DNA from: Nitrososphaerota archaeon | Lineage (GTDB): Archaea; Thermoproteota; Nitrososphaeria; Nitrososphaerales; Nitrosopumilaceae | Direction: 5' to 3' | Assembly (NCBI GenBank): GCA_028867675.1 | Contig: JAGWGA010000001.1 | Location: forward strand, 11,667 to 75,666 | DNA length: 64,000 nt | Shown here: positions 9,359-18,953 of the stretch, piece by piece | How the letters are laid out: each line of letters begins with the position of its first letter | How positions within the stretch are numbered: position 1 is the first letter of the stretch | Position numbers and translations under genes: made by a program | Notes under the pieces: generated by a model | Databases searched by the model: none | Seen by the model: the letters and a program-made list of their open reading frames with translations, nothing else | What the model was told of the DNA's origin: nothing

Positions 9359-10407
9359 TCTCTTCTCACCCTCGGATCAAAATATCCATACAAGACATCT
9401 GCAACAAAGACACTTGCAAGGAAAAATGCCGTTAGAACATATGTTGCTCCAATTATAACAGGCAAATCCAAAACACTGATCGCTTCATAATATAGCCTGC
9501 CCATACCAGGCCAATCAAATACTGCTTCAGTAATAATTGCTCCACCAAGAGAGCCAGACAAGCTTAATGCAAGAACTGTAACTATAGGAGGTGCAGCATT
9601 TTTCAAGGCATGAGAGTATAAAATTCGCTTTTCATCTATTCCTGCAGCCCTTTTTGCCATGATAAAGTCCTCTTGTAAAACACCCACTAGGAAATTTCTT
9701 ACCAAGTATGCCCACGAACCAAATCCAATTAGAACTAGAGTAATCAGTGGGAGTGCCATGTGATACAATAATGAACCCAAATACCCAGGGTCACTTGCAG
9801 GAACTTCTGGGGTTGCCCTTGCAGGAAATATTGGATAAAGGAATGCAAAGACAAAGATCATAAGAACTCCTATCCACCAAACCGGAAAGCTGCTGGATAC
9901 AATAGCAAATCCAGATGTTATCTTGTCAATTTTAGAATTGATTTTGCTTGCTGCAATTGCTCCAAGAAATATTCCAAGTACCGAAACTATAGCAGTAGCT
10001 GTTGTAAAAAGAAGAATTGTCTTGGGCAATTTTTCAAGTATGATATCTTTAACATCAGATGAACCACTATCACTTGTTAGATACTTTGCATGACCAAAGT
10101 CAAGTGTTAAAATTTTATACATTGAAAGCCCAATTCGTTGTGGAGAATACCAAGGTCGGTCCAACCCAAGAGATGTAATTTTTTGTTTAATTTGATTATC
10201 AATGTATGAGTTTAACTGATCAGTTGTCTTGAAACTTGCAAGAAGACTCTTGTTATTTGTAACTTGTTGCCTTACCTCAAGTGATACACTTTGTTTTGAT
10301 ATAGAGTCCATGTTGGCACCCACAAGAGCTATTGTAACAAGAAGTGTTGCCATCAATACCCCAAACATTGTAATGGCCCGTTTTGCAAGGAATTTTTTAA
10401 ATCCCAC
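9355..10407 (-). CDS. ABC transporter permease (DppB/OppB-like)
   Basis: 350 aa, 6 TM helices. MAKRAAGIDEKRILYSHALKNAAPPIVT is an EAA-loop-like segment. 4-nt overlap with the downstream permease. Confidence 0.8.
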   Translation of the reverse strand: MGFKKFLAKRAITMFGVLMATLLVTIALVGANMDSISKQSVSLEVRQQVTNNKSLLASFKTTDQLNSYIDNQIKQKITSLGLDRPWYSPQRIGLSMYKILTLDFGHAKYLTSDSGSSDVKDIILEKLPKTILLFTTATAIVSVLGIFLGAIAASKINSKIDKITSGFAIVSSSFPVWWIGVLMIFVFAFLYPIFPARATPEVPASDPGYLGSLLYHMALPLITLVLIGFGSWAYLVRNFLVGVLQEDFIMAKRAAGIDEKRILYSHALKNAAPPIVTVLALSLSGSLGGAIITEAVFDWPGMGRLYYEAISVLDLPVIIGATYVLTAFFLASVFVADVLYGYFDPRVRRE

Positions 10408-12864
10408 CTATTTCATTCCCCTTTTTCTAATTAAAAGAAACACAAAAACTGATACTATAACTGCTAAAATTAGAATACTTGTAAGATATACATAATTTTC
10501 AGTCAAAGATACTGGACTCGTTACAAGACTTTCTGGAGACAGAGTATTTTCTCCGAGGGTTACAAGAAAACTACTATGATACATGTCTGGTTTATACGCC
10601 ATATCAGATACTACAAATATTTGAAAATCATTAGAGCCAAGATCAAGATTTGCAGTCTTGTCAGGCCCAAGCGTTACAGCCATTGAACCATTAACAGATG
10701 CTTGTTTTCCACTGTCAACTATCTTTCCTTGTGAGTTTGTAAAATAATAGTAGACAGTAGCGTTAGGCGTTACTACAATCGGAATATTCAGTGTACTACC
10801 AAGCGTTACACTAGTTGGAACAATTACATTTTCAATTTTAGGGATGCTTATCTCTTCGAATTTTTTCCAGTAACCTGCTGGGAATGGATATGTAGGATCG
10901 GAAAATGAATCAATTGTGATTGTTCTTGCCTCGGGAGAATAATTATCTAGATAGTATGGACCATTACTTATTACTGCGTGATTATGTTGTGCAATCCATG
11001 ATGCCGATGCATTATATCTTGAATCAAAATAGTTTGAATCGTTGACAAATGCAAGTGCTGGAGGAATCGATTTTTCCTTTGCAAAGTCTTCAAGATTGGT
11101 CTTAATGATATTTGCATCATCAGGTATGATTAGTGACATCCAGTCAACATTTTTGCTTACTGCATCTGACTTTGAAAATGCAAGTTTTCCGTCAGTTACT
11201 GCTTTTTCCATCGAATAGACAACCTCCCATGGCATTGCAGGCCATACCTGAGCCGAATCTGCAACCTCACCAGAGTCAAAATGCCAGAAATTTTGATAAA
11301 CTTCTATGGTAGCATCATCAATAACTCTAATTCCTATGAGAGTTTTTGCTGCCTGATTTGCTTTTGGAGAATATTCTGAATCAAATGTTGTGGTATCGTT
11401 TGTTTGGTCAGCCCCCCACTGGTACAAAAAGTATATTCCATAAAGAACATCGTTCATGTCCATTGGCATTTTGTTATGCCAATTTCCAAATTTCAAGTGA
11501 AATGTCACTTTGCTTGTTGCATAAATTCCAGGTCCGACATGAATCCACTTTTGTTTTACAGCATCCCATTTTATTGCATCAGACGGTACATCGAGTTTAT
11601 TCAATGGTCCCGCTGTTTGAACTTGCCAATCAGATCTTACAGGTATTGTATATCCGGTGTAAGGATTTTTGAAGCTTCCAGGATCATTTACTATACCCCA
11701 TATCTGTTGACTGTACGAATCTGGAAATCCCGCAATGGGATTCCATGCACCCTGATAGATCTTCTTTACACCTATTGTCAGAGTATCAGAATCCGATCTT
11801 GCATTAATTGGCGTAAACCTACTTGCAATACCTGCACCAAAATCATTGATTGTACCATTCACTTTTTTATTTGTGATGAATTGATCTGTTTTTGATGCAA
11901 GAAAAACTCTAACGGAATCATGGATTCCTCGGTCAACAGCCTGTGATATAAGAAAGGAGCGTTGCTCTGAAGATGTGAAATTTCCAAAAAATATTGCTTT
12001 TGATAATGAATCAATTTGAGGCTCTTGGAAATTCCAGTATGACGGATTGTTAAATCCAGGCATGTTCGAAAACCAAGGAGAGTACATTTGTGCAGTCATT
12101 ACAGAATCATATCGTACAAAACCGCTCATAGACCAGGCTTCTGTGTAAATACTCCATTTCATATCAGACGGATTAGAACCATATACAATTGAGAACGCCT
12201 TTGTCAAGTCACCGTAGTCTTTTTTCACAGTAAACCCCATTGTTTGTAATTGTGAGGCAAGAATCTCACCAATGGATTTTCGTATAGGGTCATCATTTCT
12301 TATAAAAATTGTAATTTGAACAGGTTTTGACTGGTACTGCCACACTCCTCCAATTTTTTGTGCACCTGCCTTTTCTAATGCACTAGAGATCATTTGATTT
12401 GCAAGAGTCGGATTGTGTCTGAAATTAAATGACTGGAGTTCTTGAAGTATCAAAAGATAATCAGGATCATATGGCTTGTATGCAGATATCATTGGAGTTC
12501 CATATCCATTTAGGACCTCATCTACAATCAGATCTCTATCTATTAGGTAATTTAGTGCAAATCGTACTTGTTGAATTGAAAAAGGATTGAATTGTTCCGA
12601 TACTGCAGGGTTTATCAAAAGACTATAGCTTGTCCCAGCAGATTGAAACACTTTCAAATTTTGCCTAGACTGATCATCAAGCCGATCTAACGGTATAGCA
12701 GAATAGTAAATATCTAGATGTCCATTTTTTACTTCTTCAACTGCCGTATTTTCATCAGAGTATTGAATAAATTCCACTTTGTTAAAATTTGTACCTTTTT
12801 CGCTAAATGCAATCTCTGGACCTAAAATAAAAAGTGCTAGTATGAAGACTAGCAAAAGTTTCAT
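10408..12864 (-). CDS. ABC substrate-binding protein, family 5 (peptide/nickel type), with C-terminal extension and TM anchor
   Basis: 818 aa. Signal peptide MKLLLVFILALFILGPEIAFS. The size and position ahead of Dpp/Opp-type permeases fit a family-5 binding protein. C-terminal beta-rich extension and anchor LTSILILAVIVSVFVFLLIRKR. Confidence 0.7.
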   Translation of the reverse strand: MKLLLVFILALFILGPEIAFSEKGTNFNKVEFIQYSDENTAVEEVKNGHLDIYYSAIPLDRLDDQSRQNLKVFQSAGTSYSLLINPAVSEQFNPFSIQQVRFALNYLIDRDLIVDEVLNGYGTPMISAYKPYDPDYLLILQELQSFNFRHNPTLANQMISSALEKAGAQKIGGVWQYQSKPVQITIFIRNDDPIRKSIGEILASQLQTMGFTVKKDYGDLTKAFSIVYGSNPSDMKWSIYTEAWSMSGFVRYDSVMTAQMYSPWFSNMPGFNNPSYWNFQEPQIDSLSKAIFFGNFTSSEQRSFLISQAVDRGIHDSVRVFLASKTDQFITNKKVNGTINDFGAGIASRFTPINARSDSDTLTIGVKKIYQGAWNPIAGFPDSYSQQIWGIVNDPGSFKNPYTGYTIPVRSDWQVQTAGPLNKLDVPSDAIKWDAVKQKWIHVGPGIYATSKVTFHLKFGNWHNKMPMDMNDVLYGIYFLYQWGADQTNDTTTFDSEYSPKANQAAKTLIGIRVIDDATIEVYQNFWHFDSGEVADSAQVWPAMPWEVVYSMEKAVTDGKLAFSKSDAVSKNVDWMSLIIPDDANIIKTNLEDFAKEKSIPPALAFVNDSNYFDSRYNASASWIAQHNHAVISNGPYYLDNYSPEARTITIDSFSDPTYPFPAGYWKKFEEISIPKIENVIVPTSVTLGSTLNIPIVVTPNATVYYYFTNSQGKIVDSGKQASVNGSMAVTLGPDKTANLDLGSNDFQIFVVSDMAYKPDMYHSSFLVTLGENTLSPESLVTSPVSLTENYVYLTSILILAVIVSVFVFLLIRKRGMK

Positions 12865-13009
12865 GATATGTTTCTCATTAAACTGTATTTAACCATGGTC
12901 CAAGAACCCAAATCATTTCAATATAAAAAACATTTAGAAGAATTTCCACTGCCATGTTTTATGTAATAACACAAATAGTATTTTATAAAAGAAAAATAAT
13001 TCACAGATT

Positions 13010-13630
13010 ATGAATCTGCAAATGTTACTAAAAGGAATTCAGGGAATAATTCCAGGTGGACTTTCTGTCAAAGACTTTAGCATGGCAATTCAGACTAGCG
13101 ACGGATTGGCAAGAGAGATACTAGACAATTTCATGCAAAACGGCATAGGAAGATTTGAAGGAGGGCAAATCCATTTTGAAGAGACTGATAAACTAAAGAC
13201 AAGTATTCTTGCAATCAACATGGGGGCTGCAATTGATGAGGTATCTCGTCTATTAGATTGGCAAGACTTTGAGTCTCTTGCTGCTGAAGTACTTGAAAAG
13301 CAAGATTTTGAGACTACAAAAAATGTGATTTTAACAAAACCTAGGATGCAGATAGATGTAGTAGGTATCAAATCAGGTGTTGCAGTATTAATTGATTGTA
13401 AACATTGGAATAACATGAGCCAATCAGCCCTTCAAAGCGCTGTGAAAAAACAAATTGAGAGAACCAAACAGTATTTGTCAAAAGAAAAAATAAGAGCTGC
13501 AGTTCCCGCAATAGTTACCCTTTATCAGCATGATCTACAGTTTATAGACAGAGTACCAATAATTCCAATTCACCAGTTAGATTCATTTTGTGAAGAGTTT
13601 TATGGAAATGTAGAAAAACTTCAGAATTAA
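13010..13630 (+). CDS. hypothetical protein: wHTH-like N-terminus plus PD-(D/E)xK-like nuclease fold
   Basis: 206 aa. The C-terminal half has IDVVGIKSGVAVLIDCKHW (D ... DxK arrangement), as in Mrr/Hjc-type endonuclease folds. Motif-level inference only. Confidence 0.4.
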   Translation: MNLQMLLKGIQGIIPGGLSVKDFSMAIQTSDGLAREILDNFMQNGIGRFEGGQIHFEETDKLKTSILAINMGAAIDEVSRLLDWQDFESLAAEVLEKQDFETTKNVILTKPRMQIDVVGIKSGVAVLIDCKHWNNMSQSALQSAVKKQIERTKQYLSKEKIRAAVPAIVTLYQHDLQFIDRVPIIPIHQLDSFCEEFYGNVEKLQN

Positions 13631-15366
13631 AGTAAAGTATAGATAAAAAATCCAGTAGTTATCAAAAGAAATGCCTGTGTAATTCTCATTGCATTATCAA
13701 GGGATTTCGAATATAGTTCAAGTTGGTTTCCACCCATGACTTTGACATCGGTATGACTTTCTAAGAGATCAAAAGATGCAGAAGATGCAGTCTGTTCTGC
13801 TTTTGTGGCAAGATCTAAAAACCAAGATACCACATCAGGGGCTTTTGAGAGACTACCAAATTCGAAATATCCATGTTTATTTTTAGCAGTTCTTGCCTTA
13901 TAATGCGTATCAGAGGTGCATATCTCAAGAAAATTATACCCATTCTTTGAAAATTGATTTGCAATTTCTTCTCGTAGACCATTTAACATGTTATTTGCAT
14001 CTGCCCATGCAAGAAAGAATTTCTCATCCCCAATCTTAAAACACATTATTGCAACCTTGCCAGGACCAAGGTCATCAGCTTCAACATTCAAATTTTCAGA
14101 GTTGGCATACCCTACTTCTAATGGTAATGATTCTTTTGTTATCAGAGTATCCAGTGTAGATTTGGCTGCATTTAGAAGATCATCTGCGTCGAGTTTTTCA
14201 ATTTCTTTTCCCATTGCATTATGGCTATCAACAATAAGTATTCTTTCAAATCCTCGATTCCCACCATATTGTTCCAATTCAGATTTGATATAATATGGGA
14301 TATCTTCCATTCCATGGGGAGATAATGAAAGGATCAAGACAGCAGTCTTGTCAAATAACAAGCCAGTAGTTCGCGCTCTATTTACTTGGATTGTAACAGG
14401 TTTGGTACTTTTGGTTCCTTCTTGAATCTTTGAGTTTTGTTGGAGACTTGCAATATATTGATCAACTTGAGATTTAGACGGCAAGTTAAGTGAGTGATCA
14501 GATATACTGTGCATGACCATTGCAGAGGAGTTGAGATTTTTATAGATAAGATAAGGAATGTTACTTCCACCAATGGGATGGAATGGTCCAGGATGAAGGT
14601 CTGGAATTACCAGTCGACAGTCTCCTCCTTTTTTCTTGAACAGAATTTGAAAGGTTGAAACCTTAGATGGTTCTGAGCGTTTTTCCATCAAAACTTCCAT
14701 CGGTTTAGGATCATCATTTGTCCATGCTGCAAGATATGCTTGCAAAAATGCATGAGTGCTAGATAATTTTCCACTACCTGCAATTCTGTCACTTAACAGA
14801 GTCCAAAGACTCCCAAGAACACAGAAGACTACACCATATGCAATAGACTTTTGATCAGACAACATGGGAATCCAAAGATTTGTAGGTACAAATGCAAGAA
14901 ACATTGCAAGTGGTTGAATTAATGAAATTGCCCATGCAGTCTTTAGTTTTGCACCCAATACAGATGTAAATATTGCAATTCTAAAACTAGTAAACAGGAA
15001 CATTCCTTCAATTACAAATATTGGTAATAGTTTTGGTTTAGAAAATACGTAAAAAGATAGTATTCCACAAAGAATGGTTACAAGCCACAAGAGATTTCCA
15101 AATGCAGACATGTGTATAGATTTAGAATATTCAGTCTTCAAAATTCTAGTATCAATGACTTGAGTAATCATTAATGCTGCAACTGTGATAGGAATTGCAT
15201 ACATCAACCTATCAGTTGATTTGAAATAATCAATGCTTGAGACTGCAACAATAACAGATGCAACAACAATAGCAATTACTAGTGATACATAGTGTGAAGT
15301 TGGAGTAAATGTTGTTAACGTATACCGTTTGTGAATGCGAGATACGTCGTTAGAACTTTCCGTCAT
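13627..15366 (-). CDS. polytopic membrane protein with large C-terminal soluble domain (DUF2070-like, recalled from memory)
   Basis: About 7 N-terminal TM helices followed by a roughly 330-aa soluble domain. I prefer ATG 15366 (MTESSNDV...), which forms an ATGA overlap with the stop of the upstream sec61-beta gene, over the track GTG at 15393. Confidence 0.55.
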   Translation of the reverse strand: MTESSNDVSRIHKRYTLTTFTPTSHYVSLVIAIVVASVIVAVSSIDYFKSTDRLMYAIPITVAALMITQVIDTRILKTEYSKSIHMSAFGNLLWLVTILCGILSFYVFSKPKLLPIFVIEGMFLFTSFRIAIFTSVLGAKLKTAWAISLIQPLAMFLAFVPTNLWIPMLSDQKSIAYGVVFCVLGSLWTLLSDRIAGSGKLSSTHAFLQAYLAAWTNDDPKPMEVLMEKRSEPSKVSTFQILFKKKGGDCRLVIPDLHPGPFHPIGGSNIPYLIYKNLNSSAMVMHSISDHSLNLPSKSQVDQYIASLQQNSKIQEGTKSTKPVTIQVNRARTTGLLFDKTAVLILSLSPHGMEDIPYYIKSELEQYGGNRGFERILIVDSHNAMGKEIEKLDADDLLNAAKSTLDTLITKESLPLEVGYANSENLNVEADDLGPGKVAIMCFKIGDEKFFLAWADANNMLNGLREEIANQFSKNGYNFLEICTSDTHYKARTAKNKHGYFEFGSLSKAPDVVSWFLDLATKAEQTASSASFDLLESHTDVKVMGGNQLELYSKSLDNAMRITQAFLLITTGFFIYTLL

Positions 15367-15530
15367 GGTGAGAAGAAGAACTTTAGAATCCACGAAATTC
15401 CAATCAGAGATGCAGGAATTGCAATTACCACCTCTGGTCTTAACTTGTAGCCTTTAGTCTCATCTTCGAAGAATCTCAATAGACCTGCACTGGATGCTGG
15501 CAGTGGTGCAGATTTTTTGCTGCTGCTCAT
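15363..15530 (-). CDS. secG: preprotein translocase subunit Sec61-beta (SecG, archaeal)
   Basis: Not in the ORF track (55 aa). MSSSKKSAPLPASSAGLLRFFEDETKGYKLRPEVVIAIPASLIGISWILKFFFSP has the typical AGL(L/V)R(F/Y)F(D/E)E box followed by a single C-terminal TM helix. Confidence 0.7.
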   Translation of the reverse strand: MSSSKKSAPLPASSAGLLRFFEDETKGYKLRPEVVIAIPASLIGISWILKFFFSP

Positions 15531-15574
15531 GATATTTCTGCTTCAAGGATGTTTAAATAAATACCTTTTTGTGC

Positions 15575-15910
15575 CTAGAGTGACTTGAGTTTCTCTTTAA
15601 TTGCAATTATCTCATTTATGGCATGTAAGATCTGTTTTTGTTTCTCATAGTCTTTTTCTTTTTGAAGATCTTCCGTTAGTTCCTTAATTTTCTTGTCTAA
15701 ATTATCCAACGACGAACTCTCTGTTTTTTGTTGAGTTTTTGTCAAGATTGATTCAACTTTCTCCTCCACTGCCTCTTTTCCACAAGTAACACATAACGCG
15801 CTACCACTTTTCATGATTCTCACACCCTTACAATATGGACAAGGTTCACGGACAAGAGTAGCTCCATTAAGTAGCATTTCAACTGCTTTTTTTGTCAGTT
15901 CTTTAGACAT
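15575..15910 (-). CDS. zinc-ribbon plus coiled-coil protein (autoantigen-p27/UPF0148-like)
   Basis: CPYCKGVRIMKSGSALCVTCG (CxxC-x12-CxxC) followed by a K/E-rich helix. Confidence 0.5.
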   Translation of the reverse strand: MSKELTKKAVEMLLNGATLVREPCPYCKGVRIMKSGSALCVTCGKEAVEEKVESILTKTQQKTESSSLDNLDKKIKELTEDLQKEKDYEKQKQILHAINEIIAIKEKLKSL

Positions 15911-15988
15911 GATTTTTACACATCATCTGAATAAAAAAACTTAGGGATAAACAAGGCTTAAAAGTAGGATTTCGACTTTTTATATCGA

Positions 15989-16297
15989 ATGGCGGTAATC
16001 TGCAACACTTGTGGACTTCCTAATGATTTATGCGCCTGTGGTGAACTCGAAAAAGATCAAACCCAGATTGTTGTTAGAATAGAAGAAAGGCGTTTTAAAA
16101 AGAAAGGAACTATGATAGAAGGAATAAATCCAAAGATGAATGATCTTGGAAAAGTTGTAAAAGAATTAAAAGCTCGTTATGCTTGTGGTGGAACTGTAAA
16201 AGAAGGATACATCTTTCTTCAAGGAGATCACAGAGACTCAATTAAGACAACGCTTGTTAAGCTTGGATTTCCAGAAGCCAGTATAGAAGTTCATTGA
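15989..16297 (+). CDS. sui1: translation initiation factor aSUI1 (eIF1 homologue)
   Basis: 102 aa. N-terminal CxxC..CxC zinc knuckle (CNTCGLPNDLCAC) and SUI1 core RYACGGTVKEGYIFLQGDHRDSIKTTLVKLGF. Confidence 0.9.
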   Translation: MAVICNTCGLPNDLCACGELEKDQTQIVVRIEERRFKKKGTMIEGINPKMNDLGKVVKELKARYACGGTVKEGYIFLQGDHRDSIKTTLVKLGFPEASIEVH

Positions 16298-17307
16298 TAT
16301 CAAGTTTGGAAAAAATAGATAAAATAATTAAAGTTCTCTCCATACCATATTCTGGATTTTTATCAGTCATATTTGGAATAATGATACTCTCATTTCCAAT
16401 CGGTCTTTATGTTATGTATAATTCAGATATTGGAAAAGAAATCAATTATCAATATCCCATTAACGGACTTGATTTATTTTTAGGGGGAATTGGTTTTAAA
16501 CTCCCGATCACTTTTGAGTTGGGCGATGCATTCATTATAACATGGGCTATTTTTTTGATACTATTTTCAATATCATACATGGGTCCAGAGGATTCCTTGC
16601 TAAAGACGCTTTCAAATCTTATGTCAAAAGGATGGAGAAACCTACGAGGAAATGCTCTGGTCAATACGATAACATGGTTTTCAATTTTAATTTTATTTTC
16701 AGTAATAATTGAAACAATACAGCAAAGCTTTGGAGTTAAAATTGAATCTCCTCATGCAGATAACAATCTAATCCGTTTCTTTCAGTTAGGCATATCACCA
16801 CTGACTGAAGAGACAGGTTTTAGAGTTCTCCTAATAGGCATTCCGTTATTTTTAATGTATTCACATACTTCTTCATGGAAATTATTTTTCAAATCTTTGT
16901 GGAGACCTTCTAAGCATCTCCACATTGAAAATTATCAAAGATCAATGATATTAATCATAACTATTGGATTATTTTTTGGAGTGTCACATATAATTTCAGG
17001 AACACCATGGAGCCCTGGAAAAATAACTCAAGCTACAATTTCAGGAATAATAATTGGGTGGGTTTATGTTAGATACGGTTTTGCACCAGCAGTATTAATC
17101 CACTGGGCTACAAACTACTTTGTATTTTCGTACCTGTATTTTATTTCAAATCTAAGTCAAAACCCAACAATAAATGAATCAACAAATCCCTTTTCAAACA
17201 CTCTTGAAGCCATCATAGTCTGTACAGGAATAATTGCAATAATAATTAAAATTCTAATCTACATGGAATCAAGAAGGGACATTAATAAAACAAGTGTCAT
17301 TAAATAA
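16294..17307 (+). CDS. CPBP family intramembrane glutamic endopeptidase (CAAX protease/Abi-like)
   Basis: Polytopic protein with motifs EETGFR (EExxxR), FFGVSH (FxxxH) and HWATN (HxxxN). Confidence 0.75.
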   Translation: MISSLEKIDKIIKVLSIPYSGFLSVIFGIMILSFPIGLYVMYNSDIGKEINYQYPINGLDLFLGGIGFKLPITFELGDAFIITWAIFLILFSISYMGPEDSLLKTLSNLMSKGWRNLRGNALVNTITWFSILILFSVIIETIQQSFGVKIESPHADNNLIRFFQLGISPLTEETGFRVLLIGIPLFLMYSHTSSWKLFFKSLWRPSKHLHIENYQRSMILIITIGLFFGVSHIISGTPWSPGKITQATISGIIIGWVYVRYGFAPAVLIHWATNYFVFSYLYFISNLSQNPTINESTNPFSNTLEAIIVCTGIIAIIIKILIYMESRRDINKTSVIK

Positions 17308-17309
17308 TA

Positions 17310-17951
17310 TTAGAAGTCTAGAATTTTTTTCAGGGAGTTTGCTATTTCAGTATCAGAAAACGACAGAATAAACCGGAGATCAGATTGATCATCAATATCC
17401 AACATAATTCTTCGAATCAATACAAGTGCAGATTTTGCATTTCTTTTTTCTGCAGTATTTAGGTGGATTTTGTAACTATCCTCATCATAATGAGTCTCCA
17501 TGACATTTGTTGGAGTTCGAAAAAGTGCATTAGTGCCATCAAACTTTCTAGATGGTACAACAAGAACGCACCTATCAGATGTTCTCATCTGATACAATGT
17601 TTGAATATCTTCAGGCTGTATCAGCGGTACATCTTGTGGAAATATCATGGTACCATCAAAACCCTCTTGTGAAAAGTATTCATCTGCAAGCAAAACTGCG
17701 CTATTTACGCCCTGCTCTGATTCATCATAAATCCCATGGGCACCAAACTTTTTTCCAATGCCAAGAGCTTTTTCATCTTTGCTCACAAGAACTATTTTTT
17801 TAATAACATCAGAATGAGTTACAGTTTGTAATACAGATTCTAACATTAGTTCACAAATTTTTGTAGTTTTTTCTTGAGATAGATTAAGGCGTGTTTTAGC
17901 TCTTGAGAAAGTTTTTACAGGAATTATTGCGCCAATGCGTAAATCAGACAT
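17310..17951 (-). CDS. cofC: 2-phospho-L-lactate guanylyltransferase (F420 biosynthesis)
   Basis: 213 aa. AIIPVKTFSRAKTRLNL N-terminus and a DGTNAL motif typical of CofC. 8-nt overlap with cofD upstream. Confidence 0.75.
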   Translation of the reverse strand: MSDLRIGAIIPVKTFSRAKTRLNLSQEKTTKICELMLESVLQTVTHSDVIKKIVLVSKDEKALGIGKKFGAHGIYDESEQGVNSAVLLADEYFSQEGFDGTMIFPQDVPLIQPEDIQTLYQMRTSDRCVLVVPSRKFDGTNALFRTPTNVMETHYDEDSYKIHLNTAEKRNAKSALVLIRRIMLDIDDQSDLRFILSFSDTEIANSLKKILDF

Positions 17952-18864
17952 GAACTTGTTTTAGAATGAAAGATGCAAGTGCTTCTTCGTCTTTTTTGTC
18001 TTTCATTCTTATTTTAGTTTCGTAGACTTTCATGTCCAGATTTTCTATTTTTCTAGTTAGCAATCTATCTGCAGTGTCAATTACCATATGTGATGCCACT
18101 TCAGAATACATCTTTGCAAGACCATATACTGAAACTTCCATTCCTGCAGCTTCCATGTATTTGGTAGCAGGTCCACTAATTGCGGTGTTACCAATAAGAG
18201 GACTAACCACAACTACTTTTTTCTTGTTTTTTGACAGTTCTTTTCTGATTCCCTTAATGGATAAGATTGGCCCTATACTAGTCAATGGATTACCGGGTGC
18301 AATAATTACTAATTTTGAATCATGAATTGCATTAACAGCTGCAGGGTTTGCACGTGCTTTATCTGCACCAATGTATTTTATTCCCTCAACTTTGTCTTGG
18401 CCTTTGTATTTTACCCAATATTCTTGAAGATGAAGATCTCCTTTATTGGTTACAATTCTAGTTTCTACGCTATTATCAGTAACTGGGATAATTTTTACAT
18501 CGATTGCAAATTTACGGCACATCCATTCTGTAATGTCAGATAGATTCTTTCCATTCTTTAGCATATTAGTTCTCAAAAGATGAATTGCTGCATCTCTATC
18601 ACCAATGTTAAACCAAGTTTCTTCCCCAAGAACTTCCATTTGACGCAAAAATCCGTACGTGTCTTTTTTTATTCCCCAACCTTTGTCAGTATCCAAAATA
18701 TCTGCCAATCCATAGAGAATTGTATCAATGTCAGGACAAATGTAAAGGCCATAGAGCCAATAATTGTCACCGACGTTTGAAATTACAGAGATATCTCTTG
18801 TTTGAGTAGCTATTCCGCGTACAAGTTTAACAGAACCTGTTCCGCCTGCAAGAATTGTAATCAA
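17944..18864 (-). CDS. cofD: 2-phospho-L-lactate transferase (LPPG:FO transferase)
   Basis: 306 aa. ILAGGTGSVKLVRG N-terminus and the conserved GNPLTSIGPIL segment typical of CofD. Confidence 0.85.
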   Translation of the reverse strand: MITILAGGTGSVKLVRGIATQTRDISVISNVGDNYWLYGLYICPDIDTILYGLADILDTDKGWGIKKDTYGFLRQMEVLGEETWFNIGDRDAAIHLLRTNMLKNGKNLSDITEWMCRKFAIDVKIIPVTDNSVETRIVTNKGDLHLQEYWVKYKGQDKVEGIKYIGADKARANPAAVNAIHDSKLVIIAPGNPLTSIGPILSIKGIRKELSKNKKKVVVVSPLIGNTAISGPATKYMEAAGMEVSVYGLAKMYSEVASHMVIDTADRLLTRKIENLDMKVYETKIRMKDKKDEEALASFILKQVHV

Positions 18865-18953
18865 TCGTCCATTTCCCCCGCGTTGTCTGTGGTTTAGACT
18901 AAAATATTACTCTTGCCTCGATATCACACAAAAATTTTAATCATTCAAAAATA

